A stretch of DNA of 64,000 bases from Candidatus Aminicenantes bacterium (lineage in GTDB: Bacteria; Acidobacteriota; Aminicenantia; UBA2199), in contig JAPKZK010000038.1 in NCBI GenBank assembly GCA_026393835.1, positions 185,988 through 249,987 of the forward strand. Reading direction: 5' to 3'. Below the pieces are notes generated by a model, which saw only the letters and a list, made by a program, of their open reading frames with translations, did not search any database and was not told where the DNA came from. Shown here piece after piece: positions 48,465 to 58,440 of the stretch. The translations under genes and the position numbers were made by a program. Numbering within the stretch: the first letter of the stretch is position 1; each line of letters starts with the position of its first letter.

Positions 48465-49693
48465 AAAAAGAATTAAAACTGAAAGAATTCCAGTTTAATT
48501 CGATTTTCGAATTCTCCGAATCGATCTACTCCGCTTTCAACCTGGACAGCGTCGTACGCATCTTTTTTTCTACCTTAATGGGACAGTTGGGCGTTTCCCG
48601 GGCGTTTATCTTTGATTCCGGCAATAAGCTATTCAGGAAAAGGGGCTTCAAATCTTCGGAGCCGGAAATCGAAGCCTTTTACAAAAGCTTGAAGAAACTG
48701 GGCAACAATTGGTTGTACCTGAAGGCCGAAGATTTAAAACCCGCCGCCAAAAAGGTACAAGAGTTTTTAGCGAAGGAAAAAATCTACTACCTGGTCAATG
48801 TTTCCCAGACGGAGAAAAAAGTGGGCATCCTGGGCCTGGGGCTGAAATTGAACCAAAAAGAACTGACCCGGGAAAATTTAGAATATGCTTTTTTTGTGTC
48901 AAAGTTTGCCCTGAGCGCCATGGAAAATGCTATATTGATCAACAACCTGATCGAAAGTAAACGGGTAGAACGTGAGATGCAAATTGCCAGGGATATCCAG
49001 TTGTCCCTGCTGCCCCAGTCGGCGCCCCAGTTGAAGAATTTTGAACTGGGTGTGATTTATCGCCCCATCAGCGATGTGGGGGGCGACTATTACGATATTT
49101 TAAAGGAACATAAAGGCGCCCTGCCGATACTTATTGCGGATGTGGAAGGAAAAGGGTTGTCCGCGGCTTTGTTGGCCGCTTCCTCCCAGGCCATCCTGCA
49201 CTCCCTTAACGAACTTTATTTTTTCGAACCGGGGAAATTTATCTCCAAAGCCAATTCCCTGATCTATGATTTTACCAAAGGGCAGCGTTTTATTACCTTA
49301 TGCTGGATGCTGGTGGAAGATGAGAAAAAATCCATCACCTATGTCAATGCCGGCCATGTGCCGCCTATAGTCGTTTCCAAAAGCAAGAATTCAGTTACCC
49401 GGCTGACTACCGGCGGCTGCCTGACGGGTTTCATCGGGGAGGCGGAATACGAAAAAGAGACCGTAAACCTTGATCCGGGCGATATTATCGCTGTCTTTAC
49501 CGACGGCGTGCCCGAAGTGGCGAACCGGGAAGACCAGGATTACGGCGAAGAGGCCATGGTGGATTTTATTAAGAAAAATAGCCATCTTTCAGCCGCGCAG
49601 CTTACGGAAGGGCTGCTCAATGAAATGTTGGTTTTCAGTGAAGGCAAGAGTTTCAGGGACGATTTCACCCTCATCATATTGAAAGTAAAGTAG
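48419..49693 (+). CDS. PP2C/SpoIIE phosphatase (RsbU-like)
   Basis: ARDIQLSLLP, VGGDYYD, ADVEGKG, NAGH, FTDG, DDFT. Confidence 0.92.
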   Translation: MRNDQIEETAKITSLKKELKLKEFQFNSIFEFSESIYSAFNLDSVVRIFFSTLMGQLGVSRAFIFDSGNKLFRKRGFKSSEPEIEAFYKSLKKLGNNWLYLKAEDLKPAAKKVQEFLAKEKIYYLVNVSQTEKKVGILGLGLKLNQKELTRENLEYAFFVSKFALSAMENAILINNLIESKRVEREMQIARDIQLSLLPQSAPQLKNFELGVIYRPISDVGGDYYDILKEHKGALPILIADVEGKGLSAALLAASSQAILHSLNELYFFEPGKFISKANSLIYDFTKGQRFITLCWMLVEDEKKSITYVNAGHVPPIVVSKSKNSVTRLTTGGCLTGFIGEAEYEKETVNLDPGDIIAVFTDGVPEVANREDQDYGEEAMVDFIKKNSHLSAAQLTEGLLNEMLVFSEGKSFRDDFTLIILKVK

Positions 49694-49793
49694 GGTTTGC
49701 CTCCGGGAAAATCTTTTATATGCTGTCGGTCCTTAACCGCCGGAAGAATTGGTTGACAAAAAAATAAAAAAGGGGTACACTTCTTTCGATTTA

Positions 49794-49828
49794 CATGATA
49801 ATCTAAAACTATGTTTTAGATTATCATG
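49794..49828. promoter_or_regulatory. Perfect 16-bp-arm palindrome in the leader of the DUF4143 ATPase gene
   Basis: catgataatctaaaac-tat-gttttagattatcatg, downstream of TTGACA-17-TACACT. Confidence 0.65.
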
Positions 49829-49856
49829 ATAAACGAAAACAGAGGTTTGAATTATC

Positions 49857-51011
49857 ATGTTTGAACGCAGATTGGATTTGAGCTTAAGTTCAGAGGAAAC
49901 CTGTTTCCTATGGGGGCCTCGGCAGACGGGCAAAAGCACCCTGTTGAAAACCAGGTTTCCGAAGGCAATTATTTATGATCTTTTATTATCCGATCAATAC
50001 CGGCGGTTTGTCGCAGACCCATCTATTTTACGGCAGGAGTGCGAAGCGCGTGGGTTGAACCGCGCCAATCAAAAGGACCCCATCGTTATCGATGAAGTTC
50101 AGAAAGTCCCCGAACTGCTGGATGAAATCCACTGGTTGATCGAGAACCGGGGGCTGCGGTTCATTCTTTGTGGGTCCAGTCCCCGCAAAGTAAAAAGAAG
50201 CCACGCCAATTTACTCGGCGGACGGGGCGTCAGGTACGAACTTTTTCCGTTGGTCTACCCGGAGGTTCCCGGTTTCTCTTTGCTCAAAGCATTGAACAGT
50301 GGTTTGTTGCCCAGGCACTACCTGGGGAAATCCCCTGCCAAATTACTGGAAGCCTATTTGGTGAATTATTTGAAAGAGGAAATCGCGGCGGAAGCCGTAA
50401 CCAGGAATATTCCTGCCTTTAACCGGTTTTTCGAGGTGGCGGCCCTGTGCAATGGGGAGATGATTAATTTCAATAATATTGCCGGAGATTGTGGGGTCAG
50501 TGCGCCTACAATCAAAGGGTATTTTCAAATCCTGGAAGATACGCTTATCGGCAGGTTTGTCCCGGCCTTCCGCAAAAGAGCAAAGCGGCGTTTGATACAG
50601 GCCCCCCGGTTTATTTTTTTCGATATGGGAATCGTGGCCCACTTGACGAGGCGTGGAGAAGTGAAAGAAGGTTCAGAGCTTTTCGGAAGGGCTTTCGAGC
50701 ATTTTATCACTCTTGAAGTATTTGCTCATTCTTCGTATTCCGAACTCAATTACCCGGTGGCTTACTGGCGAACGGCTTCTCAATTGGAGGTAGACCTGGT
50801 ACTGGATGACGCGGCGGCAATTGAGATCAAATCCACCGATAGGGCAGCGGATAAGCATCTGCGGGGTTTAAGGGCGTTTAAAGAAGAACATAAATGTAAT
50901 TGTATTCTTGTTTCCCGTGATCCGGCCCCGCGGAAGACCTCCGATGGCATATTGATTCTTCCCTGGCAGGATTTCCTGGAGCGTTTGTGGTCAAACGAGA
51001 TTATCAAATAA
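49857..51011 (+). CDS. AAA_14 ATPase with DUF4143 domain
   Basis: GPRQTGKST, VIDEVQK, FFDMGI, EVDLV..IEIK. Confidence 0.9.
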   Translation: MFERRLDLSLSSEETCFLWGPRQTGKSTLLKTRFPKAIIYDLLLSDQYRRFVADPSILRQECEARGLNRANQKDPIVIDEVQKVPELLDEIHWLIENRGLRFILCGSSPRKVKRSHANLLGGRGVRYELFPLVYPEVPGFSLLKALNSGLLPRHYLGKSPAKLLEAYLVNYLKEEIAAEAVTRNIPAFNRFFEVAALCNGEMINFNNIAGDCGVSAPTIKGYFQILEDTLIGRFVPAFRKRAKRRLIQAPRFIFFDMGIVAHLTRRGEVKEGSELFGRAFEHFITLEVFAHSSYSELNYPVAYWRTASQLEVDLVLDDAAAIEIKSTDRAADKHLRGLRAFKEEHKCNCILVSRDPAPRKTSDGILILPWQDFLERLWSNEIIK

Positions 51012-51373
51012 TCCCGAAAGGGGTATAAATGACTTTCCGGACCTGATATGAAAATAGCCGCGAAGAACGCGAAGGACCGAAGGGAAAAGATAGAAGAGAA
51101 GAAGCGAAGAAGATAAGAAGATAAGAGAAAAGCATTGGTAAAAAATTCTTGGTGTCCTGGTGCGCCGTCTCCTGGTGGCAAAATTTTCATAAAGGCAATA
51201 GTTGATGATAGATTTAGGACTAAATCATCCCCAGGTATGTGAATATCGATAAAAAGGAAAACGTTTATTTGCCGGGGGAAAAGCAAAACCCGGCAAGGGA
51301 GAGCGCAAATCCTGCAAAGTAAGTAATAAAGAGCCTTTGGGAAGTCATTTTCATGGCAAATTAAGATAAATAC

Positions 51374-51688
51374 GTTGCGTGGGAAAACTACTTCTGTGCG
51401 TATGGAGACCACTTCTGTGCGCGGGGAAACTACTTTTGTGCGCGGGGGAACTTTATCTGTGCGCGGGGAAACTATTTTTGTGCGCGGGAGAACTTTATCT
51501 GTGCGCGGGAAAACTATTTTTGTGCGCGGGGGAACGTTCTCTGTGCGCGGGAAAACTACTTCCGTGCGCGGGGAAACTTTATCTGTGCGCGGGGAAACTA
51601 TTTCCGTGCGCGGGAAAACTACTGCCGTGCGCGGGAAAACATTATCGCTGTGCGGGAGGTCATTATCGTTGCGCGGGAGAACTTTTTC
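51374..51688. repeat. 21-bp tandem array, ~15 units
   Basis: Consensus TGTGCGCGGG(G/A)(A/G)AACT(A/T)(T/C)(T/A)T(C/T). Confidence 0.95.
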
Positions 51689-51894
51689 CAGGAAACGATC
51701 AGGCCTTTGCCTGTCCCGTAGTTATTCCAGGAGACGGCGCACCAGGGTGCCTGGGGGAAAAGATAGAAGCGAAGAAGATAGGAAGTGAAGAAGAGAAGAA
51801 AAAAGCAGGGAGGGCCAGAGGCCCCGGCCAATAAACGGGCGAACATGGAAACAAGGCGGTTCGCCCCTACTTCGCGGTCCTTCGCGTTCTTCGC

Positions 51895-52080
51895 GGCTAT
51901 TTTCATGGTAGTCAAGAATGTCACTCTTCAAATCTCTTCTCTTACTTTCCGTAGGGGATACCGGGCCGCGATCCACTTGCGCATTAATTTAACCGGGAAA
52001 CTGTAAACCATTCCTTTTTCCGTTAGTATCTCCCTGGAAACCAGTTTTCCCAGTGTTTCCATCATTTGCTTGCGGGTAAA
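51895..52080. repeat. ~185-bp direct repeat of the 3' end and downstream flank of the 1160-aa gene (other copy 53477-53661)
   Basis: Minus strand encodes FTRKQMMETLGKLVSREIL..WIAARYPLRKVREEI*; a few substitutions relative to the intact gene. Confidence 0.92.
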
Positions 52081-52233
52081 GGCGGCAGATACGGCGGCCC
52101 AACTTGCTTGACTTTTTTTTGAAACTGCCTATAATCTATATATGAATATAAATGATTTTCCGATTTGTACCGATATTAGCGCAAAACCATGGAATAGTTG
52201 CAGAGCGAGAGGGGTAATCTGACGGTTATTACG

Positions 52234-53307
52234 ATGAATGAATTGACACCAGTTGATATAACAAAGACTCTACACGATGAATTGAAATCGATGATTGTCC
52301 AGTGCCGGAATCGCGTTACAACAGTTGTTAATGCCGAATTAACACAGCTTTATTGGGCCGTGGGCAGACGTTTGGGCGAAGAAGTTTTGGGTGGCCAACG
52401 AGCCCAATATGGGGCGAAAATTGTGGCGACTCTTGGTGAAAAACTTGTGGGTGAATTTGGTCGTGGTTTTGAATCCAAAAATTTACGTCGCATGATACAG
52501 TTTGCCGAGACTTTTCCGGATATTAAAATTGTCGTGACACTGTCACGACAATTGAGCTGGAGTCATGTGGTCGCCATTCTTCCAATTAAAAACCATGAAG
52601 CACGGGAGTATTATGCGTTGACTGCTGCAAACCAAGGATGGGGGGTGCGGGAACTTCGTCAGCGTATCCAGGCAAAAACTTACGAGCGAGTTGTCATTGC
52701 CGGTAACCAGGGTATAGGATTATCCCAGGCACTGGTAGATTTAAAAAACGACGGAATGATGAGCCCCAGTTTGATTTTCAAGGACCCATATTTTTTGGAT
52801 TTTTTAAACTTGCACGATAGCTATAATGAAAAAGAGCTTGAAGCCGCCATCCTTCGTGAGTTAGAATCATTCATTCTTGAATTAGGATACGGTTTTGCCT
52901 TCATAGAGAGACAAAAACGCATTATTATTGATAATGAGGATTTTTATATTGACTTGCTGTTTTATCATCGTCGCTTGCGTCGTTTGGTGGCGGTGGAATT
53001 AAAACTTGGCCGTTTTAAGGCTGCTCACAAAGGTCAAATGGAACTCTATCTTAAATGGCTTGATCGGTATGAGCGTCAACCTGGAGAAGATGCGCCCGTA
53101 GGACTTATTTTATGCGCAGAAAGTAGCCGCGAACAAATCGAACTTCTGGAGATGCACAAAGACGGTATTGTTGTTGCCGAGTATTGGACCGAATTGCCAC
53201 CCAGGGCGGAATTGGAACGTCTTTTACACCAGGTAATGATTGAGGCACGCGAACGTCTTTCTTCAAGAAAGTGCCTCCAAGAAAATGGTGAAGAAGATGA
53301 ACTGTAA
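52234..53307 (+). CDS. YhcG/DUF1016 family PD-(D/E)XK nuclease
   Basis: RAQYG, NLRRMIQF, LSWSH, FKDPYFLDFL, DLLFYHRRLRRLVAVELK, PVGLILC. Confidence 0.92.
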   Translation: MNELTPVDITKTLHDELKSMIVQCRNRVTTVVNAELTQLYWAVGRRLGEEVLGGQRAQYGAKIVATLGEKLVGEFGRGFESKNLRRMIQFAETFPDIKIVVTLSRQLSWSHVVAILPIKNHEAREYYALTAANQGWGVRELRQRIQAKTYERVVIAGNQGIGLSQALVDLKNDGMMSPSLIFKDPYFLDFLNLHDSYNEKELEAAILRELESFILELGYGFAFIERQKRIIIDNEDFYIDLLFYHRRLRRLVAVELKLGRFKAAHKGQMELYLKWLDRYERQPGEDAPVGLILCAESSREQIELLEMHKDGIVVAEYWTELPPRAELERLLHQVMIEARERLSSRKCLQENGEEDEL

Positions 53308-53508
53308 ATGTTCAAGATACCCGCACGAGTTGCCTAAACTTCCAGCTTGAAAAGGCAGATGCGTTTTTTCTTGCCTGTCCCGGAGTTATTAGGTTTTTTA
53401 CCACCAGGTCGCCAGGTCACCAGGGATTTTTTTATAATAAACCTCTTGGTGTTCCTTGGTGCCTTGGTGCCTTGGTGGCTATTTTCATTTAGTCAAGAAT
53501 GTCACTCC

Positions 53509-56500
53509 TCAAATCTCTTCTCTTACTTTCCGTAAGGGATACCGGGCCGCGATCCACTTGCGCAGTAAATGGACCGGGAAACTGTAAACCATCCCTTTTT
53601 CCGATAGTATCTCCCGGGAAACCAGTTTTTCCAGTGTCTCCATCATTTGCTTGCGGGTGAAAGAGGAAGAGGCGATCTGGATTTTATTATAAATACCATC
53701 CACGCCCATATGGTCCGCCTGGGTATGGGTGAGTTCCTCGGCCAGGGCGCTTAAGACCAGTCGTTCTATGGTCGTGGCATCGTCCCAGATGTGCTGGGAA
53801 AAATTTTCGGTTCCCCCTGAAATGATGGCATCCACGGCATCATCTACATCGTCGATCAGGGCGTCGTTTCTTTTTTTCTTATCGTTCAAGGCATTCACCA
53901 GGGTTCTGCAGACCAATTGAATGAGATAAGGCTGGGCGCCGGTCATTTTGAGGATTTGTTCTACTGCCAGGCTGTCATAGGTCAGTTGATCTTTTACCGG
54001 TTCTTTGATTAAGCGGATGGCGTCTTGGGGTTTCAAGCGGCTGAGCCGGTAATATACGGCGGTGTTGAAGAATATGGACCAGTAATCGGCGGCCATTTCT
54101 TCTATTTTATGGGTGCCGCAAAAAAGGAATATGAGTTTTTCTTCATGCTGCATTAAGTGGCGGATGTTGCTGAAAATGGTCCTGGAAATCCGTCCGTCTT
54201 CCACGCGCATTTGCAGTTCTTCAAATTCGTCCACCATCAAAACGATAATTCTATTGCCCAGTTCCGGTCCTATCTCTTTGAGGAACTGTTTGAAGCCGCT
54301 GAAATTTTCAACCCCGGTATCGGCATGCAGCGCTAATTTCTCCGTGATGGTAGTGGCGAAGGTGGTATAGAAATCTTTTTCATCATCGATGCCCTGCATA
54401 TCGACATAAACGGGCGAGAGTCGCTTATCGGTAAAACCGTGGGTTTCGATGCGGTAGAGCAGGGAGGTTTTACCGCTCCTGCGCAAGCCGTGGCACACAA
54501 AGGTGTGGTGATCGCCGGAGGCCAGGATATTTTCATCGATAAAATCGTGGGCATCTTCCCTGCCGTAGAAGAGGGGTGTTTCGCCTTTCAATGGTTGGCC
54601 GGCAATGTAAGGATTTTTAATTTTTTTAAATTCGGCGCTCGTTTGTCGTACGTAAACTGGAAATGAAAAGGATGATTGTTTATTGGTACTGACCCTATCG
54701 GTAAAACGGAGGGTTCCCTGGACAATGGTTTCGATGGGTTTGCCGGCCTTGATGGGAAAATAAATTTCTTTTACTTCCCAGGTTTCGATGATATCGATTT
54801 CCTTCTCCATGCCGCCGGGAAAAACAATATCCGGGCTGTCGGTTCGGATTGAAATCGTTACATGTGAAGCCAGTTCCTGCCCCTTGTTGGTTATTTCAAA
54901 ATAGAGCTTGCGTTCCTCATCAGAAGCCGGAATTTCGTTATTTTTCAATTGGATGGTCAGCACGGCGGAACCTTGCAGTATTTTTGTTTCCTTATCTAAA
55001 ATCTCTATACACCGGATAAGCCCTATTACCCAGATATGTCTAAATGGTTCGAAAAAGTCTTGTTTCACCTGCCTCAAGATGGTTTCCATATCCTGTTTTT
55101 GATCGAAAAGTACAGACCGGCGTGTTCCCATACGCTCGATGGCATCGATTTTAAGGAGAGACTCTTTTACTTTATTTAAGCGGGGCATGATCGAATCAAT
55201 GAAGGAGAAAAAATTTATTCCCACGGGGAATTTGTCTATTTCCTGCAGCGTCCCAATCACCATGGAAATGTCTTTCAGATTTTCAGATTTCAATAATTGG
55301 AGGCAGGCTTGCAGTATTTTTATTATTTCTTCGTTAAAGCGATATTCTTTTTCTTCAGACATCAACCGACATACGATTTCTATCCGCTCTTCCAGTGGCT
55401 TCAGTATAAATTCACGTTTTTCTTCTCCCGCGGACTTGAAAATATCTTTTCTTTGCAGCCATGATAAATTGTTGTCTTCCGGCTTCTTGATGGATGAAGA
55501 GCTGAAGAAATTATTTCTCATGGATGCAGTCAATCTCTTATTAAATTCAATGTTGGTTAATGCATAGTAACAGCTTGCCAATGGGTTGGTCGAAAAAATT
55601 TTTTCTATTAATGCGATACCGTTGGATTCCAATATGGATAGGAATAGGTGATGGGCCATTTCCTTATTTTTTGCCAATTCCAGGACCGCTTTTTCCGCTT
55701 GCTTTTGCTGGAAGGTAGAACTATAGAGATGCATTATACGTTTTGCGGCCTCTTTGAGTCCCCATTCTTTGTTACCGGCGAAATGGAGCATTATTTTATC
55801 CAAACCCGGCAATTGGAAGAACAACCGTTCATGTTTGAATAAAATTGAGTTTTCATAAGAAATCGACGCCAATTTTTTGTTTTCAATATTTCCCAGGATT
55901 TGCCTGCGTTGTCTGGCCCACAGGGGAAGGCAAATTAAATAATCCGGGATATGGGAAATAAAGAGAGGTATAACTAAAAACCCGAGGGCCACGATATGAA
56001 AGGGAGTACCGTATTTTATCTTCTCATTCCAATACGGAAGAAGATAAACCATAATGCAAGCGAAGGGTCCCCATAAAAGGCTTGATTTTTGAATTTTTAC
56101 ATACCTTTGACGAAATATAATGCTTTTTTTTACATCATCATTTTTTCCTATCTTTGTTATTTCATCGAAAATGAAAAAATGAAACAGGTAGACGATCAGA
56201 AAATAGACAGGAAATAGGATGCATTCGTAAGATTTCGGCAATACGTACTGAGACTGGGCAATCACTAAAAGCATGAAGGCCGATGCGGCTGTAAAAATAT
56301 GGGGAGCAATTTTGTCATGTGTTTTCTTTTTTCCTTTAAAACTGAGGTAAAAAAAAGCAATGCATATCATAAATAATAGAGTCCAGACCATTTTTCCGTA
56401 GGGATGAAAAATAATCTTAAAAATAGATTTTATTACAGAATCCCGTACTACGTCTGAGGAAACTAATAAGATGGAACCTGCGCCTGCGATTGATAATATG

Positions 56501-56991
56501 ATTGCGCCAACGATTGCCATTGCGACTGCGCCTACGGCGAATAATACTGCGACTGCGCCTACGAATGCACCTATTAATGCTATTGAGCCTGAGTCTACGA
56601 ATGAGACTGGGGCTGCGATTAAGAATACCCCTATGAATACGATTGCGCCTGCTGGGTTTACGAATGAGATTGTGACTGAGAATGTGCCAGGGAATGTGAA
56701 TGTGCGCATGTATGAATGTGCGAATGCGTATGCACCTGCAAATGCGAATGTGAATGCGAATGCGACCAGAAATGCGGATCTAATGCTTTGATAGGGGTCC
56801 TGATAAAAAAAATAATGGGGAATAGCCAGGGCTGTTCCCACCAATAACCCTGAGAAAAAGAACGCCCAGGTGGACGTGTATATATTTTTTCTATCCGCTT
56901 TTACAAAAGCATACACTTTAGATGGCTGGATATACAACTGCCATAAAAAACGGGGCGCCAGTTTTAATGCTTCGATGATGATCTTAATCAT
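53509..56991 (-). CDS. Multi-TM protein with a C-terminal STAND-like AAA ATPase
   Basis: A/F/V/G-rich TM region; NPYIAGQP, FYGRE, GLRRSGKTS, LMVDEFE, TGAQPYLIQ. Confidence 0.85.
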   Translation of the reverse strand: MIKIIIEALKLAPRFLWQLYIQPSKVYAFVKADRKNIYTSTWAFFFSGLLVGTALAIPHYFFYQDPYQSIRSAFLVAFAFTFAFAGAYAFAHSYMRTFTFPGTFSVTISFVNPAGAIVFIGVFLIAAPVSFVDSGSIALIGAFVGAVAVLFAVGAVAMAIVGAIILSIAGAGSILLVSSDVVRDSVIKSIFKIIFHPYGKMVWTLLFMICIAFFYLSFKGKKKTHDKIAPHIFTAASAFMLLVIAQSQYVLPKSYECILFPVYFLIVYLFHFFIFDEITKIGKNDDVKKSIIFRQRYVKIQKSSLLWGPFACIMVYLLPYWNEKIKYGTPFHIVALGFLVIPLFISHIPDYLICLPLWARQRRQILGNIENKKLASISYENSILFKHERLFFQLPGLDKIMLHFAGNKEWGLKEAAKRIMHLYSSTFQQKQAEKAVLELAKNKEMAHHLFLSILESNGIALIEKIFSTNPLASCYYALTNIEFNKRLTASMRNNFFSSSSIKKPEDNNLSWLQRKDIFKSAGEEKREFILKPLEERIEIVCRLMSEEKEYRFNEEIIKILQACLQLLKSENLKDISMVIGTLQEIDKFPVGINFFSFIDSIMPRLNKVKESLLKIDAIERMGTRRSVLFDQKQDMETILRQVKQDFFEPFRHIWVIGLIRCIEILDKETKILQGSAVLTIQLKNNEIPASDEERKLYFEITNKGQELASHVTISIRTDSPDIVFPGGMEKEIDIIETWEVKEIYFPIKAGKPIETIVQGTLRFTDRVSTNKQSSFSFPVYVRQTSAEFKKIKNPYIAGQPLKGETPLFYGREDAHDFIDENILASGDHHTFVCHGLRRSGKTSLLYRIETHGFTDKRLSPVYVDMQGIDDEKDFYTTFATTITEKLALHADTGVENFSGFKQFLKEIGPELGNRIIVLMVDEFEELQMRVEDGRISRTIFSNIRHLMQHEEKLIFLFCGTHKIEEMAADYWSIFFNTAVYYRLSRLKPQDAIRLIKEPVKDQLTYDSLAVEQILKMTGAQPYLIQLVCRTLVNALNDKKKRNDALIDDVDDAVDAIISGGTENFSQHIWDDATTIERLVLSALAEELTHTQADHMGVDGIYNKIQIASSSFTRKQMMETLEKLVSREILSEKGMVYSFPVHLLRKWIAARYPLRKVREEI

Positions 56992-58094
56992 GATTTATCA
57001 CCCTTAACGACCTCTTTTCCTTTTAGTAAAATATCCAATCCATCCTTTATATGTTGAATAATTTTTTTCTCAGATAGCTTCTTTTTCTTTACTTCAAATA
57101 ACTTATCGATCAACTCCGCAAAATATCCTGAAAAAGGGGAATATGTCTTTTCTACCTGAATCGCCAGTCCACGAACTAATAAATCATTCAGGATAAATTC
57201 TTCTTTGGCATTTATGCCTTTTAAATCCTTTAACAGTTTCTGTTCCTCTACCTTTCTATTGTCCCATATTTCCTTATAATGCGGGCGTAATTGTACTTCC
57301 AACCTCTTCCAATCCACCGTGGCATTATTCCTCCCGGCATCCCAGGCAAAACCGCACGCCACCTGGTTGAAATAAGGATAAGCCCCGGCATAATATTGAA
57401 TTTTTTCTTCCGCTTCCTTTGTTAACGCGAACCCGGTCTTTTCAAATCCATATCGTCTTAATTTCACGATGCTTTCATGCTCCATCAGGCCAAGATAAAC
57501 ATGCTCAAAAATATTCCAGAACCCGGAAGATTTAACGGCTTGATGCGTCAACTCTTTAAGCGCCGTCTTTGATACCGAAACAAAGGCCAACCGGTTGTCC
57601 GGGTTATTGGCCAAAGCCCTTAAATTGGAAAAGAATGTATCATCCGCAAATGAATGTTCAGGCAGATGTTCAAACTCATCGATGAAGATGATGGTTTTGA
57701 CCCCGTTCCCCCCTTCTTTTTTTACAAACGCCTTAAAAGATGAATAATTGTCAAAAAGATTTCCTCCCTGCTTTTCCTTTGCCGCGTCACAAAACGCCTG
57801 GTTCAACAATTGAAAAAACCGTTCCTTTGTCTGGCAATCGCCATCGATCCCATCACAATCGATGTAAACGGCGCGGGTGTTTCCTTCGTTTTTGATTTTA
57901 TGAAACACCCGGTTGGCCAGGGACGATTTCCCGATTCGTCTTTCACCCACGATGGATACGCATTGCGGCCTATCGCCGGAAAGCATCTCCGCGATCCTCT
58001 GCATCTCTTTCTCCCGTCCGAAAAACATATCCGACTCGATGGGAATCATTGCTCTTTCCTTGAAAGGATTGGTAACGGTCATTTGTTGGGGCAT
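56988..58094 (-). CDS. STAND-like AAA ATPase
   Basis: NPF, FFGREKE, GERRIGKSS, IFIDEFE, AGAYPYFNQ; ATGA-coupled to the downstream gene; TTGCAA-17-TATAAT upstream (~58142-58170). Confidence 0.85.
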   Translation of the reverse strand: MPQQMTVTNPFKERAMIPIESDMFFGREKEMQRIAEMLSGDRPQCVSIVGERRIGKSSLANRVFHKIKNEGNTRAVYIDCDGIDGDCQTKERFFQLLNQAFCDAAKEKQGGNLFDNYSSFKAFVKKEGGNGVKTIIFIDEFEHLPEHSFADDTFFSNLRALANNPDNRLAFVSVSKTALKELTHQAVKSSGFWNIFEHVYLGLMEHESIVKLRRYGFEKTGFALTKEAEEKIQYYAGAYPYFNQVACGFAWDAGRNNATVDWKRLEVQLRPHYKEIWDNRKVEEQKLLKDLKGINAKEEFILNDLLVRGLAIQVEKTYSPFSGYFAELIDKLFEVKKKKLSEKKIIQHIKDGLDILLKGKEVVKGDKS

Positions 58095-58218
58095 TCCTGG
58101 CTCCTGTTTCTTTATTTTCTTGACTTATAACCTATCTCCCGATTATACAAATTAATTGGTTGATTTGCAAGTGCTAAACGGCCTCCCTTCGGGAGAATTT
58201 AAATTAAACAGGATACCA

Positions 58219-58389
58219 TTAACTTTGGGCCATTTTTTCTTTCATGCGATTTATTTTTTCTGCAGAGATGCCTGTAAGTTTCTCAATTATATTAATTGGT
58301 AAGCCCAGATCAAAGGCGTTTTTTATAATTTCCCTGGTAGTCTCTTTCTTTCCTTCTTTTCTTAATCTATCGGCTAAGGTTAACATCAT
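58219..58389 (-). CDS. Small C-terminal ORF of an Rpn/YhgA-like protein (RpnS-like, 56 aa); nuclease part absent
   Basis: GGAGGTGAT RBS + MMLTLADRLRKEGKKETTREIIKNAFDLGLPINIIEKLTGISAEKI; upstream in-frame remnant LLEETNIEGGD. Confidence 0.7.
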   Translation of the reverse strand: MMLTLADRLRKEGKKETTREIIKNAFDLGLPINIIEKLTGISAEKINRMKEKMAQS

Positions 58390-58440
58390 ATCACCTCCTT
58401 CTATATTGGTTTCTTCTAATAGCCCTTTGCCTTTGGTGGT

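Noticed and set aside
51375-51834. Repeat ORFs (VRGETTS / CAGKLFL)
   Set aside because: Several frames are open simply because the unit lacks stop codons; no RBS or domain is evident.
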